38,801 nt of DNA from Anaerolineae bacterium (GTDB taxonomy: Bacteria; Chloroflexota; Anaerolineae; S140-20). Positions 29,071-38,270 of the stretch are shown in pieces. The stretch lies in assembly GCA_027021705.1 (NCBI GenBank), contig JALUTT010000025.1, forward strand, positions 1 to 38,801, read 5' to 3'. The stretch's first letter is position 1; each line of letters begins with the position of its first letter. A model generated the notes under the pieces. The model did not search any database, was not told the origin of the DNA, and worked only from the letters and a program-made list of their open reading frames with translations. Made by a program: the position numbers and the translations under genes.

Positions 29071-30186
29071 ATGTGTGTGACTAGGTTCTTCAAGGGATTC
29101 TCGTTGCTTCTATTGCTCGTGGTTGTCGCGACAGGTTGCAGGACCGTCCAGGGAGAGGAGTCCAGTACGATGCAGGTAAACCTAAGCAACATCTTCCCTG
29201 GAAACCTGCAGCCCCTACCCAATCCCGGCCCACCGGCCGGAGCGGGGGGTCAGTCGGAGCGCTGGATCGTCTTCTACCGCTTCGACCTGGCGGGGCGAAA
29301 GGGGGATTCCGAACCCATCGGAGCCGTCGTCTACCAGCCCAATTCGAGCAGCGGTCCCCCACCCGTGAGCCCCTATCCTCTGGAGCTACCAGGGTGGGAG
29401 TACCTCTGTGAGCACACATGCACCGCCGAGCTCAAAGACGTGGTGGGAGACAAGGAGAAAGAGTTGCTCATCAAGGACAGCTTCCAGGACCAGCTCGTGC
29501 GGGTCAGCATCTTCACCTGGGGCGAGAATGGGGGGAAGGAAGGTGGGGAGGAGAAGTACAGACCCTTGGGCCACTTCTGGGGCGATGGCGGCGTGAAGGT
29601 GGAGAAGAACAAGGTCACGGTCCTGCGCCTCCTGCACGATCGGAGCCAGCTCGCCTGGCGCTACCTCTACTACCCCTGGAACTATCCCGATGGGAGGAGC
29701 TACTACCGCCCCGATCAATCCCTGGTCGAACCCTTCGAGAAGGAAATCGTTCCGGTCCACGGGCTGCCCGAAAAGCCGTGGGAGTCTCGCTACCCGGAGA
29801 AAGTGATCATCGGCTTCTACTACCAGGTGCTCGCCGGTCAAGACGGCAAGAACCGACAGGATCCGGTGGGCACCTACATGACGGCCGATCTCTGGAACCG
29901 CCTTGAGAAGTGCGAGGGAACCCAGTGCGGCTGCCCCTGGCCCCGCAGTGAGGTCAGGCGGGTCCTCATCAAGCAGATTGGGCTGCCCGGCGAGGTCAAC
30001 GTAACCCCTATCCCGTCGGAGGTGGGCGGGACTCAGAAAGAACGCTTTCGGGTCCAGGTGCCCATCCAGGTGGTCTGCGAATCCAAGAACGGACGTCTGC
30101 GGGGATCGCCGGTGATCTGGACGTTGGAGAAGACGGAGCGGTATGGCTTTTGGAAGATCATTGAGGTGAAGCCGGCCTCCCAGTGA
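29071..30186 (+). CDS. Hypothetical lipoprotein, 371 aa
   Basis: GGGGAG RBS; signal MCVTRFFKGFSLLLLLVVVATG-C (lipobox); several Cys pairs; no recognised family. Confidence 0.75.
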   Translation: MCVTRFFKGFSLLLLLVVVATGCRTVQGEESSTMQVNLSNIFPGNLQPLPNPGPPAGAGGQSERWIVFYRFDLAGRKGDSEPIGAVVYQPNSSSGPPPVSPYPLELPGWEYLCEHTCTAELKDVVGDKEKELLIKDSFQDQLVRVSIFTWGENGGKEGGEEKYRPLGHFWGDGGVKVEKNKVTVLRLLHDRSQLAWRYLYYPWNYPDGRSYYRPDQSLVEPFEKEIVPVHGLPEKPWESRYPEKVIIGFYYQVLAGQDGKNRQDPVGTYMTADLWNRLEKCEGTQCGCPWPRSEVRRVLIKQIGLPGEVNVTPIPSEVGGTQKERFRVQVPIQVVCESKNGRLRGSPVIWTLEKTERYGFWKIIEVKPASQ

Positions 30187-30263
30187 CCCTGAGATTCCCG
30201 AGGTCGTAACTGTTCACCCTCCCGCAGGTTAGGCGCGTTTCCGACTCGAAACCGTGTTTCAAA

Positions 30264-30298
30264 TCCATTCGTGCATTCGTGAGAAATTCGTGGACGGC
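30264..30298. repeat. Short ATTCGTG trimer element
   Basis: ATTCGTG-C-ATTCGTG-AGAA-ATTCGTG-GACGG; similar style to the ATCCGTT sub-motifs at 1-400. Confidence 0.5.
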
Positions 30299-30343
30299 CT
30301 GCCGCGGTCCATTCCTTCGTTCACTTATGCAGTAAAATCCCGG

Positions 30344-30372
30344 TTGCATTGAGCCCCAGCCTATGTTACAAT
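30344..30372 (+). promoter_or_regulatory. Sigma70 promoter of the cNMP-radC unit
   Basis: TTGCAT, 17 nt spacer, TACAAT with an extended TG. Confidence 0.7.
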
Positions 30373-30414
30373 AGTTGGGCCAACATCTCCCTGATGCAGA
30401 AAGGCGGTGCGACG

Positions 30415-30909
30415 ATGGACTACGTGCGAATTCTGAAACAGGCGGACATCTTCTACGACCTGAGTGACACCCAGTTGCAGATGGTTGCCAGCCTCTGCGG
30501 TGAGCGCCACTGCAAGATGGGGGAGACGATCTTCGAGGAGCAGAGCGCCTCAGACGACCTCTACGTCATCGCCCGGGGGGAGGTGGACATCTTGATTAAC
30601 CCGGGCATCGTTGGCGCGCAGCCGGCCCAGGCCGAGCCGGTCACCATCGCCACCCTGCGGTCCGGGCAGATCTTCGGTGAGATCGCGTTGGTGGACCAGG
30701 GGCTCCGGTCGGCCGGTGCTCGCTCTGCGTCTAACGACACCCTCCTCCTGGTCATCCCCCGGGAGAAGCTCCTGAGCCTCTGCGACACCTACCCTGATTT
30801 GGGATACCGGATTATGCGCAACGTGGCCGCTGACCTGGCGATGAAGATGCGCAACGCCGACCTCACCATCCGCCAGCACCTCCTGTGGGGTGCCCAACAG
30901 TACCGGTAA
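30415..30909 (+). CDS. Stand-alone cyclic-nucleotide-binding domain protein, 164 aa
   Basis: GETIFEE, LYVIARGEV, FGEIALVDQGLRSA phosphate-binding cassette; no C-terminal HTH. Confidence 0.88.
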   Translation: MDYVRILKQADIFYDLSDTQLQMVASLCGERHCKMGETIFEEQSASDDLYVIARGEVDILINPGIVGAQPAQAEPVTIATLRSGQIFGEIALVDQGLRSAGARSASNDTLLLVIPREKLLSLCDTYPDLGYRIMRNVAADLAMKMRNADLTIRQHLLWGAQQYR

Positions 30910-30915
30910 CCCCCC

Positions 30916-31635
30916 GTGAGCGGCCTGGAGTACCACCCGACCATCAAGGAGCTTCCCCTGGGAGAGCGCCCCCGAGAGCGCCTGGTCCAGTACGGAGCGG
31001 GGGCTCTCTCCACGGCGGAGCTGCTGGCCATCATCCTGCGCACCGGTATCAGCGGTGAGAATGTGCTGACCCTGGCCAGCCGCCTGCTGGCCCGCTACGA
31101 AGGGCTGAGCGGCCTGGCCCGGGCCAGTTTCGGCGAGCTGCAGCGGGAGCGGGGCCTGGGCGTCGCCAAGGCGGCCCAGATCAAGGCTGCCCTGGAGCTG
31201 GGACGCCGTCTCTTGGTCACCTCGCCCCAGGAGCGCCCGCAGGTGCGCTCTCCCAGCGATGCAGCCCGGTTGGTGATGGCCGAGATGGGGCTGCTAGAGC
31301 AAGAGCAGCTCCGCCTCATCCTGCTGGACAGCAAGAATCGAGTCCTGGCCATCCCCGTCGTCTACCAGGGCTCTCTGAACACCAGCCTGATCCGTATCGG
31401 TGAGCTTTTCCGCTGCGCCCTGCAGCGCAATTGTGCAGCTTTCATCATCGTGCACAACCACCCCTCGGGCGACCCCACCCCCTCTCCTGAGGATGTAGCC
31501 GTTACCCGCCAGATCGTTGCTGCCGGCACGCTGCTGGATATCGAGGTGTTGGACCACTTGATCATCGGCCACCAGCGGTTCATCAGCATGAAGGAACGTG
31601 GCCTCGGCTTTGACGGCCAGGAGATCGCCCGATAA
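30916..31635 (+). CDS. radC: RadC/JAB-domain protein (UPF0758)
   Basis: [24 protein letters not shown] Hh[21 protein letters not shown]. Confidence 0.95.
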   Translation: MSGLEYHPTIKELPLGERPRERLVQYGAGALSTAELLAIILRTGISGENVLTLASRLLARYEGLSGLARASFGELQRERGLGVAKAAQIKAALELGRRLLVTSPQERPQVRSPSDAARLVMAEMGLLEQEQLRLILLDSKNRVLAIPVVYQGSLNTSLIRIGELFRCALQRNCAAFIIVHNHPSGDPTPSPEDVAVTRQIVAAGTLLDIEVLDHLIIGHQRFISMKERGLGFDGQEIAR

Positions 31636-31713
31636 GACCGAAGTCCGTCGCCGTGGGTCCTTCCCCAACGGTGCAACCTGTGCAATCCGTGGCTGGACCA
31701 ACAGGAGGCTCCT

Positions 31714-33960
31714 ATGTCTGGCTATGTCAGCCACATCATTTTGCTGCCGCAGAGCGCCGATTGGCCTTGGTATGAAGCCCTGCGTCCCTACATCGAGCGC
31801 TACAAGGTGACCATTACCAAGAGCGCCGACGACGCCGGCAGCTTTCACGGTGCCCGGCACACGGTGACCATCGTGCAGCCCCCCGGGGCGTGGCCTGACG
31901 GGATCATCCCCTTCTTCCAGCAGCGCTACCCCCACGCCCGCCTTGATTACCTCCTTGTCCAGGACGTCAACGACCTGCGCCGCGTCGTGAGCCGGCGGCT
32001 GGAGGAGGGGCGACGCTATGGCCGGCGGCTGTTGGGACCCTTTGGTGAGCCTCCCGCCGGCCCCTCCACCTACGACAGCCACATCCTGCTCCTCCCCCAC
32101 GGCTCCGACTGGCGCTGGTACGAGGCGGTCCGGGAATACGTCCTCCACTTCCGCGTCACCGTAGCCCAGTCGGCCGACGATGCCGGCAGCTTCCACGGAC
32201 GTAACCACGTGGTAACCGCCGTGGTCTACCCGGGAGCCTGGGGAGGGGACGACATCATCGCCTGGCTGCAGGAGCACTATCCCCAGGCCCAGACTCAACG
32301 CATCGCCGTGGAATCCCCCGAAGCGCTGAGCCGCTGGCTGAAGGCCCGGGTGGTCCACGAGGACCGTTTCGGCCAGGGGGAGCCCTACGAAGAGGTGGTG
32401 CCCCCGGAGGAAGCCCGCCCCTTCCGCCTGCGCTGGCCGCTGGACCCGGCGCTGATCACCCGCTACGGCCCGCCCTGGGCCGCCTTCTCCCGCCACTTCG
32501 CCGCCAGCCCCTGGGATTACCGGCCCTACCTGCCGGGCCACGAAGGGCTCGACTTCCTCGCCCCCCACGGGGAGGTCGTCTACGCCTGCGCCGACGGCAT
32601 CGTGGCCCAGTTGGACCGGGACCCCAGCCACCTGAGCCAGCCGGGCCGCTTCCCCTACGGCTTCTTCGTCCGCATCCGCCACACCCACGGCGACGAGACC
32701 TACGAGACCCTCTACGCCCACCTTTCCGAGGTGCTGGTGGACCCCAACGCCCAGGTCAGCGCTGGTCAGCCCATCGGTCGGGTGGGAGCCACGGGACGCA
32801 CCACCGGCCCCCACCTCCACCTCAACCTGAAGCGGCTGGGCCGGCCCCCCGAGGGCTACCCCTACCCGCCTGGCTATCCCTCCGGCACGCTCCTGGACCC
32901 TCTGCGCTACCTGGAGTGGCCTGATGGCTGGGTACTGACACCCGACGAGGAACTGCCCCACCTCTACGGCGTCCACGAGGACTACGAAGGTCCCGAGGAC
33001 GAGCGGAAGGCAGGCTACCTGATGAAGCAGGCCGGCGTGCGGGGGTACATCCTCTGGAGCGAGGCCATCGGCGCAGACCCCGATGACACGCGGGGGATGG
33101 ACTACCGCCAGCGGACCTACGGGGACCACGTGGTCATCGTGCGCCTAAACTACAGCTATGCCGGCCACCAGCCCGACGGGACCCTCCCCCCGCCGGAGAA
33201 GTACGAGGATTTTGCAACCCGCTGCTACCAGTTCGCCCGCAACAGCCAGGGGGCGCACATCTACGTCGTCGGCAACGAGATGAACAACCCCCGCGAGTGG
33301 CCCAACGGCCAACCCATCTGGCCGGAGGAGTACGCTCGCTGCTTCAACCTCGTCTACCGGCGCATCAAAGAGGCCGATCCCGAGGCCATCGTCTGCCCGG
33401 GGGCCATTGACCCCTACCACGCCTCGCTGGCCTTCGCCCCCTACAACTCCCCTTACGGGGACATCCGCAAGTACTGGCGGACGATGCTGGAGGCCATCGA
33501 AGCCTGCGACGGCCTGGCCATCCACGCCTACACCCACGGCCCGGACCCCCGTCTGCTAGAGGATACCCGGCGGGTCTTCACCGCCTACCCCCTGGAGGGC
33601 GTGCGCTACCACTTCTGGGTCTTCGAGGATCTCCTTCAAGCCACGCCGGAGCGGTTCCGACACCTCCCCGTCTACCTGACGGAGACGACGCCCCTCTTCA
33701 AGACGCGCGATGAGCCGGCCTGGGAAGACGCCGACAAGTGGGGCTGGCCCGATGTCAACGAAGGGTGGATCTGGACGATGTACCAGCAGGTGGATGCGTG
33801 GAACAAGCGCGGTGGTCAGCAGATCCACTGCGCGTTGCTCTACCGCTACCCGCCGAAGGACCGGTGGGTGATCTACGACAAGCCCCGTGTCATCGAGGAC
33901 TTCACCCAGGCGCTGGGACTGAAGTTTCGGCCCTACAAGCCCCGAGAGCGGTTGGAGTGA
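31714..33960 (+). CDS. Multidomain protein: two SADDAG repeats + M23 peptidase + clan GH-A-like glycoside hydrolase, 748 aa
   Basis: AGGAGG RBS. M23 motifs HEGLD, YAHL, GPHLHL. GH-A-like VVGNEMNN (acid/base), AIHAY and VYLTET (nucleophile). No signal peptide. Confidence 0.85.
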   Translation: MSGYVSHIILLPQSADWPWYEALRPYIERYKVTITKSADDAGSFHGARHTVTIVQPPGAWPDGIIPFFQQRYPHARLDYLLVQDVNDLRRVVSRRLEEGRRYGRRLLGPFGEPPAGPSTYDSHILLLPHGSDWRWYEAVREYVLHFRVTVAQSADDAGSFHGRNHVVTAVVYPGAWGGDDIIAWLQEHYPQAQTQRIAVESPEALSRWLKARVVHEDRFGQGEPYEEVVPPEEARPFRLRWPLDPALITRYGPPWAAFSRHFAASPWDYRPYLPGHEGLDFLAPHGEVVYACADGIVAQLDRDPSHLSQPGRFPYGFFVRIRHTHGDETYETLYAHLSEVLVDPNAQVSAGQPIGRVGATGRTTGPHLHLNLKRLGRPPEGYPYPPGYPSGTLLDPLRYLEWPDGWVLTPDEELPHLYGVHEDYEGPEDERKAGYLMKQAGVRGYILWSEAIGADPDDTRGMDYRQRTYGDHVVIVRLNYSYAGHQPDGTLPPPEKYEDFATRCYQFARNSQGAHIYVVGNEMNNPREWPNGQPIWPEEYARCFNLVYRRIKEADPEAIVCPGAIDPYHASLAFAPYNSPYGDIRKYWRTMLEAIEACDGLAIHAYTHGPDPRLLEDTRRVFTAYPLEGVRYHFWVFEDLLQATPERFRHLPVYLTETTPLFKTRDEPAWEDADKWGWPDVNEGWIWTMYQQVDAWNKRGGQQIHCALLYRYPPKDRWVIYDKPRVIEDFTQALGLKFRPYKPRERLE

Positions 33961-33984
33961 AGCGAGGAGAGGTGGTGGGGCGGC

Positions 33985-34055
33985 GGGGTGGCAAGACAAT
34001 GAGGGAACGAGGGAATGAGGGAATGAGGCAACGAGACAACAAGACGACGAGAGAA
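33985..34055. repeat. Low-complexity 8-mer repeats (GAGGGAAT-like, ACGAGACA-like)
   Basis: GAGGGAAC-GAGGGAAT-GAGGGAAT-GAGGCAAC, followed by GAGACAACAAGACGACGAG. Confidence 0.65.
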
Positions 34056-34066
34056 GGAGCAGGACG

Positions 34067-35332
34067 ATGAGCCGCAATTTGCTGAAGAACGGAGATTTCG
34101 AGGGCGGATGGACGCACCGCAGCATCGTCTTCCCCACCCAGGGTGCACCCTACGAGGCGGAGCGGGGAGAGATCTTCACACCGGAGGGATGGATCACCTT
34201 CTTCAAGCACGGGTTGCCGGTGGAGCACGACCCGGACAACCAGGTGGGCTGGGCCCAGCCCGAGGTGCAAGTCATCAACAAAGAGCCCCCCTTCCTAGAC
34301 CCCCCTCGCATCCGCTCGGGCAAGCGAGCCGTGAAGCTCTTCACCTTCTGGAAGATCCACGACGCGGGCCTCTACCAGCGCGTCGCCCAAGGCGTCCGGC
34401 AGGGCATGCGGCTCCAGCTCTCCGCCTGGGCCCACGCCTGGTCCAACCAGGCCGATGACCCCTACACCTCCATCAACGATGAAAACATCAGCCTGATGGT
34501 CGGGATTGACCCCAAGGGCGGGACCAACCCCTGGGCGGAGAGCGTGGTCTGGAGCGAGCCCCAGAACATCTACGACCGTTTCGGGCGTCTGCGGGTGACG
34601 GCCGAAGCCCACGCCGATGTGGTGACCGTCTTCCTCCGATCGCGGGTGCTCTGGCCCTACAAGCACTGCGACGTTTACTGGGATGCCGCCGAATTGGTCG
34701 TCCAGGAGATCCAAGTTGCCGAGGAGGCGGAGATCCGCTTCGACCCGGCGGAACCGGTCGCTGGTGAGCCCGTTCAGGTCATCGTCCAGTCCGAGAGCGC
34801 CTTCGCCTCCGTGGGCCTGACGGTGCTGGACCCGACGGGACGCCCGGTGATGGCCCAGGGTGGCGGGCACCAGAAAGCGGGTGCACAGCACACCTGGCAA
34901 TGGCAGTTCACCCCTCCCCGGGCCGGCACCTACACGATGCGTTTCACCGTCGAGCAGGGGGCCCGAACGGTGGCGGAGACGACGGTCACGGTGAAACCGC
35001 CGGCCGTCAGCCCCTGTCGGGGCACGCCTCGAGAGCCCTACAAGCGCACCTACGTCCTGCTGCCCCCCGGAGCCGACCGCCGATGGGTCCAGGCGATCCT
35101 GGACAGCGGCCTCTGGGAGCAGGAGCGCTGGACCATCGGGGCCAGCGCCGACGACGCCGGCATCGGCGACCTGGATGACCGGACGGTGATCGCCATCAAC
35201 CCGGCGGCCTGGCCCGACGACCTGGCGGCCTTCTTCGAGCGCTACTACCCCGGCGTGACCTACAAGCCCCTGAACGTCTCCACGCCGGCCGAACTCCGAG
35301 AGGCCCTGCGGGAGATGGGCACGCCCCGCTAA
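34067..35332 (+). CDS. Hypothetical protein: CBM-like beta-sandwich + Ig/PKD-like domain + C-terminal SADDAG domain, 421 aa
   Basis: NLLKNGDFE start and YWDAAEL end typical of CBM4/9-like folds; FTPPRAGTYTMRFTV is Ig-like; the C-terminal domain resembles the N-terminal repeats of the upstream gene. No signal peptide. Confidence 0.8.
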   Translation: MSRNLLKNGDFEGGWTHRSIVFPTQGAPYEAERGEIFTPEGWITFFKHGLPVEHDPDNQVGWAQPEVQVINKEPPFLDPPRIRSGKRAVKLFTFWKIHDAGLYQRVAQGVRQGMRLQLSAWAHAWSNQADDPYTSINDENISLMVGIDPKGGTNPWAESVVWSEPQNIYDRFGRLRVTAEAHADVVTVFLRSRVLWPYKHCDVYWDAAELVVQEIQVAEEAEIRFDPAEPVAGEPVQVIVQSESAFASVGLTVLDPTGRPVMAQGGGHQKAGAQHTWQWQFTPPRAGTYTMRFTVEQGARTVAETTVTVKPPAVSPCRGTPREPYKRTYVLLPPGADRRWVQAILDSGLWEQERWTIGASADDAGIGDLDDRTVIAINPAAWPDDLAAFFERYYPGVTYKPLNVSTPAELREALREMGTPR

Positions 35333-35383
35333 CCGCTACGTCGCTACCCGCCAGCCGCTATGCCGCTACTCGCTACGCCGCCG
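35328..35383. repeat. Heptamer tandem tract (CCGCTA-like)
   Basis: CCGCTAA CCGCTAC GTCGCTAC CCGCCAG CCGCTAT GCCGCTAC TCGCTAC GCCGCC. Confidence 0.7.
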
Positions 35384-35387
35384 TTTT

Positions 35388-35765
35388 ATGCACGAACTGC
35401 CCGTTACCGAGAGCATCCTCAAGATCGTCCTGGAACAGGCCCATCAGGCCGGCGCGGTCCGGGTGAGCGATGTCTACCTGGTCATCGGCGACCTGAGCAG
35501 CATCGTGGACGACTCCGTCCAATTCTACTGGGAGATCCTCAGCCAGGGGACCATCGCCGAAGCGGCCCGGCTCCACTTTCGGCGCATCCCCTTTGAGCTC
35601 ACCTGCCAGGACTGCGGCCACCGTTTCACCCCGGACGGCTCCGACTACCTCTGTCCGGCCTGCGGGGGGCTTCACGTCCAGATCACCGGAGGCAACGAGT
35701 TCTACGTGGAGAGCATCACCGTCCTAGAGCCAGAGAACCTGGAGGACCTCATTGACCCAGGGTGA
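35388..35765 (+). CDS. hypA: Hydrogenase maturation nickel metallochaperone HypA
   Basis: MHE N-terminus; CQDC and CPAC zinc motifs. Confidence 0.95.
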   Translation: MHELPVTESILKIVLEQAHQAGAVRVSDVYLVIGDLSSIVDDSVQFYWEILSQGTIAEAARLHFRRIPFELTCQDCGHRFTPDGSDYLCPACGGLHVQITGGNEFYVESITVLEPENLEDLIDPG

Positions 35766-35769
35766 AGCG

Positions 35770-38070
35770 ATGACCCAAGCTCGCCACATCTGGATCACCG
35801 GCGTTGTCCAGGGGGTGGGATTCCGGCCCTTCGTCTACGGGCTGGCCACCCGCCATGGCCTGACCGGCTGGGTCTGCAACACCTCGGCCGGCGTGGAGAT
35901 CGTGGCCGAAGGCCCATCGGCGGCGCTGGACGCCTTCGTCACCGGCCTGACCGCCGAGGCCCCCCCGCTGGCCCGCATCGAACGGGTCGAAGTGACAGAG
36001 GTCCCACCCAACGGCTTCGAGCGCTTCGAGATCCGCCACAGCGTGGCCCAGGAGGGGGCCTTCCAACCCGTCTCCCCCGACATCGCCATCTGCGACGACT
36101 GCCTGCGGGAGCTCTTTGACCCCAGCGACCGCCGCTACCGCTACCCCTTCATCAACTGCACCAACTGCGGGCCGCGCTTCACCATCATCCGGGACATCCC
36201 CTACGACCGGCCCAAGACGACGATGGCCCCCTTCGTGATGTGCCCGGACTGCCAGGCCGAGTACGACGACCCGATGGACCGTCGCTTCCACGCCCAGCCC
36301 AACGCCTGCCCCGTCTGCGGCCCCCAGGTGACCTTCGTGCCCAGCCCCCACGCCACCACCGCCCGGCCCGAGGCCCAAGGGGAGCAGGCCATCCAGGAGG
36401 CCCGAACCCTCCTGCGCCGGGGCGGGGTGGTCGCCATCAAGGGGTTGGGCGGCTTCCACCTGGCCTGCGATGCCACGGACGACGCAGCGGTCCGGCGGCT
36501 GCGGGAGCGCAAGGGGCGGGTGGACAAGCCCTTCGCCATCATGGCCTTCGACCGGGCCACCGTGGAGCGGTTCTGCTTCGTGGACGAGGAGGAGGGGCAG
36601 TTCCTGGAAAGCCGGGAACGCCCCATCCTCCTGCTGCGGGAGCGCCCCGACTCGCCCATCTCCCCCCTGGTCGCGCCGGGCAACCGCTACCTGGGCGTGA
36701 TGCTCCCCTACACCCCCCTCCACTACCTGCTGCTGGAGCCGGCCGAGGAGTTCCCCATCGCCCTGGTGATGACCAGCGGCAACTACAGCGAGGAGCCCAT
36801 CGCCACCGACAACGAGGAGGCCCTGCACCGGTTGGCCGACCTGGCCGACGCCTTCCTGCTCCACAACCGGGAGATCCACGCCCGCTGCGACGACTCCGTC
36901 ACCCGCGTCTTCCGGGGCGTCGAGCTCCCCATCCGCCGCTCTCGGGGCTACGCCCCCTACCCCGTCCACCTCCCCTTCGCCGTCCGCCAGGTGCTGGCCG
37001 TGGGGGGCGAACTGAAGAACACCTTCTGCCTGACCCGGGAGCGCTACGCCTTCCTGAGCCAGCACATCGGCGATATGGAGAACTACGAGACGCTGCGCTC
37101 CTTCGAGGCGATGGTGGAGCACTTCCAGCGCCTCTTCCGCATCCGGCCCGAGGCCATCGCCCACGACATGCACCCGGCCTACCTGAGCACCCGCTACGCC
37201 GAGCGCCAGGACCTGCCCCGCGTGCCGGTGCAGCACCACCACGCCCACGTCGCCGCCTGCATGGCCGAGCACGGCCTGAGCGGGGAGGAACCGGTCATCG
37301 GCGTCACCTTCGACGGAACCGGCTACGGCACCGATGGGGCGATCTGGGGGGGCGAGTTCCTGATCGCCGACTACGCCGGCTTCCGCCGGGCCGCCCACCT
37401 GGCCTACATCCCCCTCCCCGGCGGCGACGCGGCCATCCGCCGGCCCTACCGGATCGCCCTGGCCCACCTGTGGGCGGCCGGCCTCCCCTGGGACGAGGTG
37501 CTGCCCCCGGTGGCCGCCTGCCCCCCCGTCGAGCGGCGGGTCCTGACCCGCCAACTGGAGCGAGAGGTCAACACCGTGCCCACCTCCAGCATGGGCCGCC
37601 TCTTCGACGCCGTCGCCGCCCTGGCCGGCCTGCGCCAGACCATCACCTACGAAGCCCAGGCCGCCATCGAGCTGGAGATGCAGGTGGACGAGACGACAGG
37701 GGATGCCTACGCCTTCTCCCTGGTCCGGCAGGGGCCCGACGAGCCCCTCCTCGTTGACCCGGCTCCCGTCATCGAGGCCGTCGTCGCCGACGTGCGGGAT
37801 GGTGCACCCGTCGGCACCATCGCCGCCCGCTTCCACTGGGGTGTGGCCCAGATGATCCGCCGGGTCTGTGAAGCGCTGCGCCGGGAGACGGGTCTGGATC
37901 GGGTCGCCCTCAGCGGCGGCGTCTTCCAGAACGTCACCCTACTGGGCCGGACCTTGGACCTGCTGGCCGAGGCCGGCTTCACCGTCTACACCCATCGGCT
38001 GGTCCCGCCCAACGACGGCGGGATCGCCCTAGGACAGGCCATCGTCGCCCATGCCCAACTCGATCGTTGA
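35770..38070 (+). CDS. hypF: Carbamoyltransferase HypF
   Basis: Acylphosphatase GVVQGVGFRPF, zinc fingers (CDDC..CTNCGPR, CPDC..CPVCGP), KGLGGFHL, QHHHAH, PPNDGGIALGQ. Confidence 0.97.
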   Translation: MTQARHIWITGVVQGVGFRPFVYGLATRHGLTGWVCNTSAGVEIVAEGPSAALDAFVTGLTAEAPPLARIERVEVTEVPPNGFERFEIRHSVAQEGAFQPVSPDIAICDDCLRELFDPSDRRYRYPFINCTNCGPRFTIIRDIPYDRPKTTMAPFVMCPDCQAEYDDPMDRRFHAQPNACPVCGPQVTFVPSPHATTARPEAQGEQAIQEARTLLRRGGVVAIKGLGGFHLACDATDDAAVRRLRERKGRVDKPFAIMAFDRATVERFCFVDEEEGQFLESRERPILLLRERPDSPISPLVAPGNRYLGVMLPYTPLHYLLLEPAEEFPIALVMTSGNYSEEPIATDNEEALHRLADLADAFLLHNREIHARCDDSVTRVFRGVELPIRRSRGYAPYPVHLPFAVRQVLAVGGELKNTFCLTRERYAFLSQHIGDMENYETLRSFEAMVEHFQRLFRIRPEAIAHDMHPAYLSTRYAERQDLPRVPVQHHHAHVAACMAEHGLSGEEPVIGVTFDGTGYGTDGAIWGGEFLIADYAGFRRAAHLAYIPLPGGDAAIRRPYRIALAHLWAAGLPWDEVLPPVAACPPVERRVLTRQLEREVNTVPTSSMGRLFDAVAALAGLRQTITYEAQAAIELEMQVDETTGDAYAFSLVRQGPDEPLLVDPAPVIEAVVADVRDGAPVGTIAARFHWGVAQMIRRVCEALRRETGLDRVALSGGVFQNVTLLGRTLDLLAEAGFTVYTHRLVPPNDGGIALGQAIVAHAQLDR

Positions 38071-38265
38071 ACGCGCCACCGAATACCTGCGCACCGTCCC
38101 CGAGGTGGAAGCCGCCTAATGCGGAACATCCTGGTCCACGGCTACCTGGAGGTCGTGATGGATCAGGTCTACCGGGCCCTCCAGGGGGACCTGGGCGACC
38201 CGGCAGCCTTCTGCCAGGCAGTCCTGGACTACATCGCATCCGAGACCGATACAAGCGAGGAGTGA
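38051..38265 (+). pseudogene. Collapsed MNT (MntA-like) / HEPN (HepT/DUF86-like) toxin-antitoxin remnant
   Basis: 38051-38119 encodes MPNSIVERATEYLRTVPEVEAA*, an MNT-like N-terminus cut just before the expected YLFGS. 38119-38265 encodes MRNILVHGYLEVVMDQVYRALQGDLGDPAAFCQAVLDYI..., a HEPN C-terminus with the RX4HXY motif. Confidence 0.75.
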
Positions 38266-38270
38266 ACCCG

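Noticed and set aside
30916..31635. radC as a marker of a mobile element or a CBASS JAB component
   Set aside because: It is the full-length chromosomal type with an N-terminal HhH region, and there is no integrase, CD-NTase or E1/E2 nearby.
38067..38270. N-terminal extension of HypC (163-aa ORF)
   Set aside because: HypC needs an N-terminal Met-Cys, and ATG 38271 has its own RBS; the upstream region is better explained as the TA remnant.
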